From positions 192,001 to 256,000 of the forward strand of contig JAHPZH010000006.1 in the NCBI GenBank assembly GCA_019058315.1: 64,000 bases of DNA. The letters run 5' to 3'. A program made the translations under genes and the position numbers. The stretch comes from Candidatus Helarchaeota archaeon. Lineage in GTDB: Archaea > Asgardarchaeota > Lokiarchaeia > Helarchaeales > RDOG01. The notes under the pieces were generated by a model. It was not told where the DNA came from, ran no database searches, and was given only the letters and a program-made list of their open reading frames with translations. Position 1 is the stretch's first letter. The number at the start of each line of letters is the position of its first letter. Shown here one piece after another: positions 30,673 to 40,461 of the stretch.

Positions 30673-32508
30673 ATGTGTGGAATTGTTGCAATAGTTTTAA
30701 AAGAACAAACACCTGTGGCTCCTATACTAAAAGATTGTTTACAACGATTAGAATATAGAGGCTATGACAGTGTTGGAATGTCGACATTATACAAAGGAAG
30801 TATATATACAAAAAAAGATAAAGGCAAAATTGCTGAAGTTGATGCGAAATTACATTTTGATGAATTACCTGGCAATATAGGTATTGCTCATACAAGATGG
30901 GCAACACATGGCGGAGCGACAAAAGTTAATGCTCATCCTCATCAATCTAGTTCAAATAATATTTCGGTTGTTCATAATGGTATTATTGAAAATTATTTGG
31001 ATTTAAGACAGGAATTAGAAGAAGAATATGATCATACATTTATTTCGGAATGCGACACAGAAGTAATACCTCATTTAATAGAAATAAATCTACAGAATGG
31101 AAAAAATCAGCTAGAAAAAGCAGTTAAAAAAGCATTAAAAAAAATAAGAGGGTCATATGCATTAGCAATTCTATACAAAAATAATCCTAATCAAATAATT
31201 TTAGCTAAAAAGGAAAGTCCTCTTGTTATTGGTCTTGGGACTAATGCAGTTTATGCAGCAAGTGACATTCCTGCGTTTTTACCATTAACAAATCGCGTGA
31301 TAATACTTGAGGACGGAGAATTTGCAGTTTTGAATTATAATAATGTTAAGATATATAAAACAGAAAACCACGATACAATTATCTCAAGAAATCCACAAAT
31401 AATTGATTGGAATTCTGAAATGGCTAAAAAAGGGGGAATGCCACATTTTATGCTAAAAGAAATTCATGAACAACCGAAAGCGATAAGCAATACTCTTAGA
31501 ATTAATAATTTCAAATATTCTCCCTTTATAAAATTATTAAATGATGCAAAAAATATATTTATTACTGCAGCTGGGACATCATTTCATGCAGGATTAGCAA
31601 GCTCTTATACTTTTAATAAAATCTCGAAATTAGATAATAATCCAATAATTAGCTCCGAATTTATCGACAATGTTGGGGGAATGATAGACGAAGAATCAGT
31701 AGTTTTAGCAATATCACAATCTGGAGAAACAATGGATACTTTAAATGCAATAAATTATGCTAAAAAGAAAGGTGCAAAAATTTTATCTATCACAAATGTT
31801 ATGGGTAGCTCTATTATTAGAATGTCAGATCATGAAATTATCACTCAAGCTGGTCCAGAAATTGGTGTTGCGGCAACTAAAACTTTCCTTGTCCAATTAA
31901 TATGCCTCAGTCAACTAAGTTTGTATTTAGCTGAAATGAGAGGACTTTTAAATTCAGCCGAAATTAAATTTTTAAAGCAAAATTTAATGAACATGCCAAG
32001 AATCATTGAAAAAATCATAGCTAATCAAGAAGATAACATTAAAAACATTGCTCAACATTTTGCTAATAAGTCAAATTTTTTGTATTTGGGTAGGGGAATA
32101 AATTCAATAACTGCCGCTGAAGGTGCCTTAAAATTAAAAGAAATTTCTTATATACATGCAGAAAGCTATCCCGCAGGTGAGTGTAAACATGGACCAATAG
32201 CTTTAATAGAGAAAGATTTTCCAGTTGTTTTTATCGCTCCTCCCGATGATACTCAATCTCTTCTAATATCAAATATCATGGAAATGAAAGCTAGAAATGC
32301 TAAAATTATAACTGTGTCAGAAGAAAATGATAATAAAATTCATAGAATATCAGATGCAAAATTTATTATTCCATCAAAAATTCCAGACATTTTTACTCCA
32401 ATAGCTTATATTGTACCTCTCCAAATATTTGCATATTTCTCTGCAGTTTTTAGAGGTTATGATCCCGATAAACCAAGAAATTTAGCAAAAACAGTTACAG
32501 TTCTTTAA
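30673..32508 (+). CDS. glmS: Glutamine-fructose-6-phosphate transaminase (isomerizing)
   Basis: MCGIV, LEYRGYDS, HTRWATHG, SQSGET, KHGP, DKPRNLAKTVT. Confidence 0.96.
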   Translation: MCGIVAIVLKEQTPVAPILKDCLQRLEYRGYDSVGMSTLYKGSIYTKKDKGKIAEVDAKLHFDELPGNIGIAHTRWATHGGATKVNAHPHQSSSNNISVVHNGIIENYLDLRQELEEEYDHTFISECDTEVIPHLIEINLQNGKNQLEKAVKKALKKIRGSYALAILYKNNPNQIILAKKESPLVIGLGTNAVYAASDIPAFLPLTNRVIILEDGEFAVLNYNNVKIYKTENHDTIISRNPQIIDWNSEMAKKGGMPHFMLKEIHEQPKAISNTLRINNFKYSPFIKLLNDAKNIFITAAGTSFHAGLASSYTFNKISKLDNNPIISSEFIDNVGGMIDEESVVLAISQSGETMDTLNAINYAKKKGAKILSITNVMGSSIIRMSDHEIITQAGPEIGVAATKTFLVQLICLSQLSLYLAEMRGLLNSAEIKFLKQNLMNMPRIIEKIIANQEDNIKNIAQHFANKSNFLYLGRGINSITAAEGALKLKEISYIHAESYPAGECKHGPIALIEKDFPVVFIAPPDDTQSLLISNIMEMKARNAKIITVSEENDNKIHRISDAKFIIPSKIPDIFTPIAYIVPLQIFAYFSAVFRGYDPDKPRNLAKTVTVL

Positions 32509-32829
32509 TTATTTAAAAGATCATTAAATGTTATAAAATTACTAATTTTATCTGTTTGATTATTATATAGGTTATAAATCGGTTATTCTTTTAAGTTCTG
32601 GGTATATTTCAAACATTACTTTTCTATTTTCTTCATTTTTCCAAAATTTAGATTCCATTGAAATTGAGAGTGATGCATCTCCTTTGGTAATATAGATAAT
32701 ATTTGATTTTATCTCTATTTTTGCATCCGTAATTTGATTCATTATTTATCATCTCATCGACAATAATATTTAAATAAATCTGTTTAAAATTAGTTTTTTT
32801 TATTATTATTTTAATATCTTTAAATAAAT

Positions 32830-32920
32830 ATTTAAATTTAACTGAATATATTGGACAATAATCCATTTCTTTTAAGATAATTATTTAAATTTTACTGAAT
32901 ATATTGAACAATTGTTCATT
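32830..32920. promoter_or_regulatory. Direct repeat (53-bp period) carrying two operator-like palindromes
   Basis: TGGACAATAATCCA at 32852-32865 and perfect TGAACAATTGTTCA at 32905-32918, each preceded by ACTGAATATAT. Confidence 0.65.
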
Positions 32921-32981
32921 ATTCTAAAATAAAATTGATAAATTAAAATATTAATGTTTTTGGTTTGGAAAGAAAAAATTA

Positions 32982-33155
32982 TTAAAAATTATAGACTTTA
33001 AGATCCTTTAAAAGCTTATTACAATATGGGCATATATAAGATTTATTATTTTCATTATATTCTGCTTCTATACGTATAGACTCTCCTAAACAGTCGCATG
33101 TTCCAAATGCAATCTCATTTATTTCCAAATTTTCATCTCCATATTTAAAAATCAT
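32982..33155 (-). CDS. Small zinc-finger-like protein (57 aa), not in ORF track
   Basis: MIFKYGDENLEINEIAFGTCDCLGESIRIEAEYNENNKSYICPYCNKLLKDLKVYNF; CxC + CxxC; follows glnK on the same strand. Confidence 0.6.
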   Translation of the reverse strand: MIFKYGDENLEINEIAFGTCDCLGESIRIEAEYNENNKSYICPYCNKLLKDLKVYNF

Positions 33156-33198
33156 TTCATTTTTAATTCATAAATCATTTAAAATAAAAAAGGAGGGA

Positions 33199-33543
33199 TT
33201 AAATTACCTCTTCTCCTCTATCTCCAGTTCGTATTCTGATGGCTTCATCAACGGGTAAAATAAAAATTTTCCCATCACCTGGTGCACCTGTAGATGCATT
33301 TTTCATGATAATATCCAAAATATCGTCAATTTCATGTGAACCATTTATAAAAATTTCTAATTTTATTTTGTTAATCCAATGTATCATGTATTCTCCAGTT
33401 CTGCCTGTCAATTTAATACCTCTTTGACGGCCATGTCCTTTTACCTCATACATGGTCATTCCTTGGATTCCAATCTTGAAAAGAGCATCTTTAACCATTT
33501 CTAATTTTTCTGGTCTAATAAAACATTCAATTTTTTTCATCAC
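33199..33543 (-). CDS. glnK: Nitrogen regulatory protein P-II
   Basis: KKIECFIRPEKL, GHGRQRG, TGAPGDGKIF, IRIRTG; adjacent to amtB. Confidence 0.95.
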   Translation of the reverse strand: MMKKIECFIRPEKLEMVKDALFKIGIQGMTMYEVKGHGRQRGIKLTGRTGEYMIHWINKIKLEIFINGSHEIDDILDIIMKNASTGAPGDGKIFILPVDEAIRIRTGDRGEEVI

Positions 33544-33558
33544 TTCATAAATCCTCCT

Positions 33559-34797
33559 TTAGACTTGTTCTCCATGTTGTGTAATATCCAGTCCTACATA
33601 TTCTTCTTGAGATGTAACTCTCAATCCAATTGTCTTTTTCAGTATTAGAACTATGACTAAAGTAACACCAAAGGAGTAAGCCATACAAATTAAAGCCCCG
33701 ATACCTTGTAGAAATACTTGAACAATATTACCAGTAATTAATCCTTCTACTCCAAAACTTGCAAAAACTCCTGTTAGAATTGCACCTAAAATTCCGCTTA
33801 TACCATGAACTGACCAAGCATCAAGAGATTCATCGATACTAGACTTCGTACGCCAACTCAATACAATATAAGAGACTGTACTAGAAGCCGCACCAATGAC
33901 GAGTGCTGCCATAGGGGAGACAAACCCCGCAGCCGGTGTTATACCAACTAGACCTGCAAGGACACCAGTTACAAGACCCAACATACTTGCTCTTCCTGTT
34001 TTATACCAAACTATTAATAACCAAACAAATCCTGCAGCACAAGATGACATAAATGTATTAAATAATGCTAAAACAGCAGCTCCATTTGCCCCTAGTCCAC
34101 TGCCCCCATTGAAACCAAACCATCCTATCCATAATAATGCTGTGCCAAGTAATACATAAGGAATATTAGAAGGTTCCATTGGTTCTTTATTGTAACCTCT
34201 CCTAGGTTCAATAATTAATGCTGCTGCTAAAGCTGAAAATCCAGCATTAATATGGACAACTGAGCCTCCAGCCCAATCTAATACACCCATCGAGCCTAAA
34301 AAGCCTCCATCACCCCATACCCAGTGTGCTATAGGACTATAGACTAATAATAGCCAAAAAATACAAAAAAGCACAAATGAACTGAATTTTGCTCTATCAG
34401 CAAATGGACTTGCAACAATTGCAACTGTAATTATTGCAAACATCATTTGATAAATTACAAAAAGCATATGTGGTATTGTGGTTGAATAAACTGGGTAATA
34501 AAATGGATCAACTGCATTCATACCAATAAAATCTAGCCCTCCTATTATTCCACCACCAATATCAGGGGCAAATGCTAAACTATAGCCTAAAATAAACCAA
34601 AAAAGAGCTACTACGACTATTGAGGTAAAACACATTGCCATCATTGAAATCATATTTTTTTTCCTTAAGAGACCACCATAGAAAAAAGCTAATCCTGGAG
34701 TCATTATGAAAACAAGACATGTACAAGTTAATAGCCATGCTGTATCAGTTCCGCCAAAATCTGCAAATATAAAAAGAATTATATCTTCAATTGCCAT
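33559..34797 (-). CDS. amtB: Ammonium transporter
   Basis: MTPGLAFFYGG, QMMFA, AHWVW, DWAGGSVVH, GWFGFNGGS, GLDITQHGE; ATG 34797 after AGAGGTGA. Confidence 0.96.
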   Translation of the reverse strand: MAIEDIILFIFADFGGTDTAWLLTCTCLVFIMTPGLAFFYGGLLRKKNMISMMAMCFTSIVVVALFWFILGYSLAFAPDIGGGIIGGLDFIGMNAVDPFYYPVYSTTIPHMLFVIYQMMFAIITVAIVASPFADRAKFSSFVLFCIFWLLLVYSPIAHWVWGDGGFLGSMGVLDWAGGSVVHINAGFSALAAALIIEPRRGYNKEPMEPSNIPYVLLGTALLWIGWFGFNGGSGLGANGAAVLALFNTFMSSCAAGFVWLLIVWYKTGRASMLGLVTGVLAGLVGITPAAGFVSPMAALVIGAASSTVSYIVLSWRTKSSIDESLDAWSVHGISGILGAILTGVFASFGVEGLITGNIVQVFLQGIGALICMAYSFGVTLVIVLILKKTIGLRVTSQEEYVGLDITQHGEQV

Positions 34798-35243
34798 GAA
34801 ATCACCTCTAAATATCCATTGTTTATTTATATTTTTAATAAGCAAATTCTGATATTTTTGCTGATTATTGTTTATTTTTTTTGTTTATTCATTCAATTTT
34901 TTTAAATTCTTTTGAACAAAACAATATTGTTGTAATTTATTAATATTTCTTATTTAATTCGATACTTTTTATAGTAGAAAATGTACAATATGTTATAATA
35001 AAAGTAAAAAGATGCATAAAAAAAAATTAATAAAATAGATATATAGTGGCATATATTCTAAAAATTATATAAAGTTTTAATTTTCTAAATATAAGAAATA
35101 AAATTATTAAATATATAATAAAAAATAAAATTTATTCTCTATTTTATTCTTTAAATTTTTGTTAATTTTCCCTTATTCTAGAGAATATCTAAAAATTAAT
35201 GTTTTAAAATGATAAATTTTTCTACTTAATACAGATTTTAATT

Positions 35244-35729
35244 TTATTCTTTAAAATTAAATTCATTAATCCGCAAATCTTCTTTTATAACATTAAGTGC
35301 AATATTTGTAACTGTTTTTTTTATATAAGGTTTTGATAGAACTTTTTTTACGAAATTATTAAGTTCTTCTTTATTTTTAAATCGAGCCACAAGTGCAATA
35401 TCAAAATCACCAGTTATATCATATAACATAATTACATTATTATTCTTTGCAAGCTCTTTTTCTGCATCTACGAGTTTTCTTCCTTCTGCTTGAATAAGTA
35501 TTATAACTGTTAAATTATAGCCAGCTTTGATCGGATCTACAATAACGGTATAACCCTTTAATATCCCTCTCTCCTCTAAACTCTTTACACGGTTATAAAC
35601 TGTCCCAACCGCTATATTAAGACGTTTTGCTATTTTATTATAGCTTAATTTTGAATTTTCTTGAAGAATTTGAATAATATTAAAATCTAGTTCATCAAAT
35701 TTTTCACTTATTTTTTGTTCCAAACCCAA
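35244..35729 (-). CDS. Lrp/AsnC family transcriptional regulator
   Basis: DELDFNII, GTVYNRVKSL, YDITGDFD; paralog of 18138-18599. Confidence 0.92.
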   Translation of the reverse strand: MGLEQKISEKFDELDFNIIQILQENSKLSYNKIAKRLNIAVGTVYNRVKSLEERGILKGYTVIVDPIKAGYNLTVIILIQAEGRKLVDAEKELAKNNNVIMLYDITGDFDIALVARFKNKEELNNFVKKVLSKPYIKKTVTNIALNVIKEDLRINEFNFKE

Positions 35730-35757
35730 CCAACTCAGTTTTTATTTTACATACAAA

Positions 35758-35771
35758 TGAATAATTATTCA
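35758..35771. promoter_or_regulatory. Perfect palindrome TGAATAATTATTCA upstream of the Lrp gene
   Basis: Matches TGAAYAWWTRTTCA; about 30 bp upstream of the TTG start. Confidence 0.6.
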
Positions 35772-35913
35772 ATATCCTATTTTTATATTAAATATTTGAA
35801 CAAAAAATATTTTGATTTTTTATATCAGATCTTTAATAGAAATTTTTATTTTCACATAAAAATTATTCTTTAAAAGGTGAAAACTAAAAAATATTTGAGT
35901 TGGGAGTTAAAAA

Positions 35914-38097
35914 ATGAATATTGAAGAGGAATTAGATGGAATATCCACCAGTGGTGGCATTGAGATTAAAGAGGGGCTAGTTCTTAACCATAATAATACT
36001 GTAAGATCTATAGCTATCTCTCCTAATGGAAAATATATCATTAGTGGGTGTAATGATAAAATAATCAGGATTTGGGAATCAAAAACAGGGAACCTCATCC
36101 GTGAGCTAAAAGGACATGAGAATTGGGTATTAACAGTTCTAATTTCTCCAGATGGAAAATATATTATTAGTGGATCTGCGGATAAAACAATAAAAATTTG
36201 GGATTTTAAAACTGGAATGCTTATTAATACCCTTAAGGGACATAATTTACACATCTTTTCAATTGCTCTAACACATGATGGAAAAACTATCATTAGCAGT
36301 TCGTGGGATAAAACGATAAAAATTTGGGACTTAAAAAAAGGGAAACTCATAACCACACTTGAAGGTCATAAGGATTGTGTATATTCTATTTCGGTTTCCC
36401 CTAATGATAAATTCTTAATTAGTGGCTCCTGGGATAGAATGATAAATTTTTGGTTATTAGAGGAAGGAGAATTAGGTCGTTCTAATGAGGCACACTCTTC
36501 TGCTATTTACTCTATTACAATCTCTCCTGATGGAAAATATATAATAAGTGGGTCAGAGGATAACCTTATAAAAATTTGGGATTTAGGGACAGGTGCATTA
36601 TTAACTAAACTTGAAGGACATGGAGGTAGGATATATACAATTGATATTTCTGCTGATGGAAAATTTCTAATAAGTGGCTCTGAAGATAATACTATTAAAA
36701 TTTGGGAATTAATAACTGGAAGGATTTTACATACAATTAAAGATCATATTGATAGTATTTTTACTCTTGCCTTCTTTCCAGATAATAAATTTATTGCCAG
36801 TGGTTCTGCTGATAAAACCATTAGGATATGGAATATCGAGAAGTGGTTAAAACCACCTAAAGCTCAAAAAATTAAAGTAGAGCAAAAAAAGAAGAAAAAA
36901 ATTCATAAAGACGAGAAATATTATGAAAAACTTCCTATAAATAAAGAAATACTAACATTACTTTTAAATTTTGAGGAGAGGCGAAGACGATTTTCTTTAC
37001 CTGAAGGTGAAATAGAAAAAGTATCAGAAGAACTTTCAAGACTTTATGATAAAATTTTAAAAATTGATCCAAATGATAAAGAAATATGGTTTAGACAAGG
37101 TTATACTCATGCAACCTTAAAAAGATATACTAAAGCACTGTCCTGCTTTAAACAAGCAGTAAAAATTGATTATAACTATACTGAAGCTTGGAGAGAATTA
37201 GGAAATGTCTATAGCTTACTTAAGAATGAAAAAGAAGCGATTGAATGTTATGAATATGTTGTTAAAAAAAACCCCAATGATGATAAAACTTGGTACAATT
37301 TAGGAGTAGCATACTATCATATAAAGAATTTAGAAAAAGCTGCTGAGTGTTTCAAAAAAAATATACAGTTTGATCCCTATGATGTTGATGCAAGGAAAGC
37401 ATTAAATAAAATAATGAATGAAAAAACGTATAAAGAGGAAAGAGAGAAGATAGAAGCATCAGAGGATACAAATTATGGTCATATGATAGTAGATTGGGAT
37501 AAAGATGATTACCCATATAGTAAAGTGATGGGTTATCCAACACCTTGGATTTCATCAAAATTAAGAACTGAAATCAATTGTATTTGTGGTAATTCATATA
37601 ATGTAGATTATATTTCCGATATTAACACGTGGGCAGGTCGTAATCTCCATAATGAATTAATCAAGAAATTAATTGATGGAACTAATTACACTTTCAAATG
37701 TCCAAAATGTCACAATTTAAATAAAATTTCAAAAAAAGTCCTTATCATTTATCCTGAAGGAAAATTTTGGGTGCCAACAAATGAAAACCCAAATAAAATT
37801 AAAAAAATTCTCACAAATTTTGGAGTACTGGAAGAAAATGGAAGCATTGTTGATGGATTTGTAAAGATGTTTTTAAAGAGAGAAGCTTCACATATTCGAG
37901 ATACAGCTTATATGCCTCTTTATGACATTTTCGGCATAAAAACTAAGCAAGATAGAGAAGACTTTATAAAATTTTTATATGAAAATATAAAAACCTTTCA
38001 AGATTTAGTTGAATTTCATGAAGCGCTTCTTTTTAATACCAAATTTCACAAAGGAGATGTTCCTTCCTTAATTAAAAAATGGAAAAATCGAATATAA
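35914..38097 (+). CDS. WD40 repeat + TPR + CpXC-like Zn-binding domain protein
   Basis: About 7 GH..SGS.D.TIKIWD repeats, 3-4 TPRs (W..LG..Y), CIC...CPKC. Confidence 0.88.
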   Translation: MNIEEELDGISTSGGIEIKEGLVLNHNNTVRSIAISPNGKYIISGCNDKIIRIWESKTGNLIRELKGHENWVLTVLISPDGKYIISGSADKTIKIWDFKTGMLINTLKGHNLHIFSIALTHDGKTIISSSWDKTIKIWDLKKGKLITTLEGHKDCVYSISVSPNDKFLISGSWDRMINFWLLEEGELGRSNEAHSSAIYSITISPDGKYIISGSEDNLIKIWDLGTGALLTKLEGHGGRIYTIDISADGKFLISGSEDNTIKIWELITGRILHTIKDHIDSIFTLAFFPDNKFIASGSADKTIRIWNIEKWLKPPKAQKIKVEQKKKKKIHKDEKYYEKLPINKEILTLLLNFEERRRRFSLPEGEIEKVSEELSRLYDKILKIDPNDKEIWFRQGYTHATLKRYTKALSCFKQAVKIDYNYTEAWRELGNVYSLLKNEKEAIECYEYVVKKNPNDDKTWYNLGVAYYHIKNLEKAAECFKKNIQFDPYDVDARKALNKIMNEKTYKEEREKIEASEDTNYGHMIVDWDKDDYPYSKVMGYPTPWISSKLRTEINCICGNSYNVDYISDINTWAGRNLHNELIKKLIDGTNYTFKCPKCHNLNKISKKVLIIYPEGKFWVPTNENPNKIKKILTNFGVLEENGSIVDGFVKMFLKREASHIRDTAYMPLYDIFGIKTKQDREDFIKFLYENIKTFQDLVEFHEALLFNTKFHKGDVPSLIKKWKNRI

Positions 38098-38145
38098 AAA
38101 TAAATTAGAACTAGAGAAGGAAATTCTATATATTCTATTTATTTA

Positions 38146-38394
38146 TCACAAATTAAAACTAGAAGATGCATCCAGTAAGTTATTTTTGATGGAATTTAAA
38201 TCAAGTTCTTTTTTACTCAATTTTAAAAATTTGATATTATCTAAAATTCGTTCTATAATATTTCTAGCCACATCCAATTCTAAATAAGATATTAATTCTG
38301 AAATAATTTTCTCCCAAGTGTCTTTTTCTTTTTGGAGATCATCAATTGGAAAATAAAAAAAGCGAATAAGTTCATCTAACAAATTTTCCTTCAC
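38146..38394 (-). CDS. Hypothetical; possibly the frameshifted tail of, or a gene coupled to, the upstream LAGLIDADG gene
   Basis: Frame stays open upstream to 38448, overlapping the stop of 38421-40319. Confidence 0.45.
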   Translation of the reverse strand: MKENLLDELIRFFYFPIDDLQKEKDTWEKIISELISYLELDVARNIIERILDNIKFLKLSKKELDLNSIKNNLLDASSSFNL

Positions 38395-38420
38395 CTCTTC
38401 ATCAAAATCATATTCTGGTT

Positions 38421-40319
38421 CTATATCTGCTCGAGATCTTCTGTAAAATTAAAATCAAATAAATGTGAAAGATAATTTGTTATCTCTTCTTCATTCATAG
38501 ATGTTCTAATTTTTTTGATAAATTCATTTAATTTAGTTATTAATTCTTGAACTGTAAAACTAGCAAGATTTAATTTATCATTATAATCACTTGAGGTTGA
38601 ATTTTTCATTATATGATCAAATTTATTTACTATTATTTTGAGAATTTTATTCAAATCAACATATTTACCTACTAAACTAGGATTAAAAATATTCTTAGAT
38701 ATCAGTTCACTTATAATTAATCCTGAATTTAAAACGCTTGATTTGTAAGCTCCTTTATAATGTCCTTGTAACACTGTTACTTCTATATGAAAACCTATTT
38801 TATTTCTAAATTTCCGAATTTCATCAATCGCTCTTATAATAATTTCATTTTGTTTTTTAATGTGATTAATACCCATTAAATTAAGAATTTCACTGAATTC
38901 ATCTAATAAATGAGGATTATGGGAAGCTAAAGATATGTAATATTGAATATAATAATCTTTGTTATTTCTTCTTCCTTTAGAAAGACTGAAACTGCCTTCT
39001 GTACTAGAAATTATTTGAAGAATATCTTTTAACTGATTTTTATTATTAATATTCGATTTTTTCTTAATTTCCCCTAAAAAATATTTTATATAATTTATCA
39101 ATTTTATATAGGTTGTAGGTGGGTAATGATCCTTAAATGGAGTGCATTCTAAACAAGGAATTCCTGATAATTTATCTAAAAATTTTGGGCATAGTGGCCA
39201 ATGTATGCATTTCTTTGCTCTATAAGTAGGAGAAAAATTATATGAAATATCAACTAATTTTTTATTTTTAACAACAGAAGTAAATGGTTTTTTATAAATA
39301 TTGATTTTATCATCAATTAATTTAATATTTTTTTCAAATTCCCTCCGTAAAATGGGATTCTTACTAGTAAATGCAATCTCATATCTTTCATTTGACCTAG
39401 ATATGTTTCCATCTGTTAATAAAAATGCAAGGTTTTTCAATAAATTATATTTTTTAGTCCTTAATAGCTTGTCTTTGTATACTCTGTATTTTTTTAATTC
39501 TTTTTTAAAAACTGGATTATTCAAAAAATTCAAATTTGAAATATTTTTTAATTTCCAAATAGCTTCTACGTACCATATATGTTCTATAAACTTATTAATT
39601 AGAATTATAAGACATTCAACAAATCTTTGACGATGGTATACTCTTGGAATATTTCTAATTTGTTGATTACAAGTCGTTATTGCTGCATGAGCAAATTCTT
39701 TTAAATTTTCAATGGCTAATTTAATCCAAGCTTCGGATTCTAAATTTTCTTGTAAACTTGTTCTACAAAAGTCTATTATTTTCTTTTTTTCTTCTTTATT
39801 TATTATATTTTTTGTAATATTATTAGAAATCTCACTAATTTTTTTAAAATGATAATTATTTGGTTTAAATATTTCATTCCAATTTACCCTAAATGTTAGA
39901 TTTTTTCTATCTTGAGGACTTGTCAAAAATTGCTGATCAAATTCTTTCCTTAAGATCTTGTCAATAAATCCAATTTTTCTTTTGAATCGGTGTTCTTTTT
40001 CAAAACGATATATAAATGGTCCTCTTTTTTTTGGTCCTTTATCAATGAGCTCAATAAATTTATATTTTAATAATTCTTTCAATATCTTTTCTACTTTAAA
40101 TTCTGATAATCCATTATAATTTTCTAATTCTTCCTGAGAAAAGGGTGTTTTTCTTTCTTTCCAAAATTCAATGAATTTTATTAGATCTTTTTGATTTAAT
40201 GTCCAGAAGGATGAAAGTGGAGAGATGCTAAAAAACTCACTAAAATCATGGTCATTGATTTTTTCGTTGTGTTTAATTTCTCGGTTTAAAATGGAAGTAT
40301 TATTTGACATAATCATCAA
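38421..40319 (-). CDS. Free-standing LAGLIDADG-type endonuclease-like protein with N-terminal winged helix and Cys4 insert
   Basis: LAFLLTDGNI..IAFTSKN and LQIISSTEGSF..ISLASHN double motif; CIHWPLC..CLEC; wHTH SQEELENYNGLSEFKVEKILKELLKYKFI. Confidence 0.7.
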   Translation of the reverse strand: MMIMSNNTSILNREIKHNEKINDHDFSEFFSISPLSSFWTLNQKDLIKFIEFWKERKTPFSQEELENYNGLSEFKVEKILKELLKYKFIELIDKGPKKRGPFIYRFEKEHRFKRKIGFIDKILRKEFDQQFLTSPQDRKNLTFRVNWNEIFKPNNYHFKKISEISNNITKNIINKEEKKKIIDFCRTSLQENLESEAWIKLAIENLKEFAHAAITTCNQQIRNIPRVYHRQRFVECLIILINKFIEHIWYVEAIWKLKNISNLNFLNNPVFKKELKKYRVYKDKLLRTKKYNLLKNLAFLLTDGNISRSNERYEIAFTSKNPILRREFEKNIKLIDDKINIYKKPFTSVVKNKKLVDISYNFSPTYRAKKCIHWPLCPKFLDKLSGIPCLECTPFKDHYPPTTYIKLINYIKYFLGEIKKKSNINNKNQLKDILQIISSTEGSFSLSKGRRNNKDYYIQYYISLASHNPHLLDEFSEILNLMGINHIKKQNEIIIRAIDEIRKFRNKIGFHIEVTVLQGHYKGAYKSSVLNSGLIISELISKNIFNPSLVGKYVDLNKILKIIVNKFDHIMKNSTSSDYNDKLNLASFTVQELITKLNEFIKKIRTSMNEEEITNYLSHLFDFNFTEDLEQI

Positions 40320-40370
40320 ATATATTTATGCAATGCGCAAGATATAAGTTTTTATATATATAAAGAGGGG

Positions 40371-40384
40371 ATTTTGCGCAAAAT
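40371..40384. promoter_or_regulatory. Palindrome ATTTTGCGCAAAAT in the divergent LAGLIDADG/leuC promoter
   Basis: Perfect 14-bp palindrome; second TGCGCA at 40334 with TTTATATATA between them. Confidence 0.5.
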
Positions 40385-40461
40385 TTAAAAATTCAGAAAA
40401 GAAATGAATAACAAATTAATAAAATTTATATTTTATTGTTTATTAGAGGTGAAACTTTAAG

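Noticed and set aside
34850-35240. Replication origin in the very AT-rich gap
   Set aside because: No ORB-like repeats with G-strings and no cdc6/orc1 nearby
38421-40319. Intein
   Set aside because: No HINT splicing motifs (N-terminal Cys/Ser block, C-terminal His-Asn) or host exteins recognised
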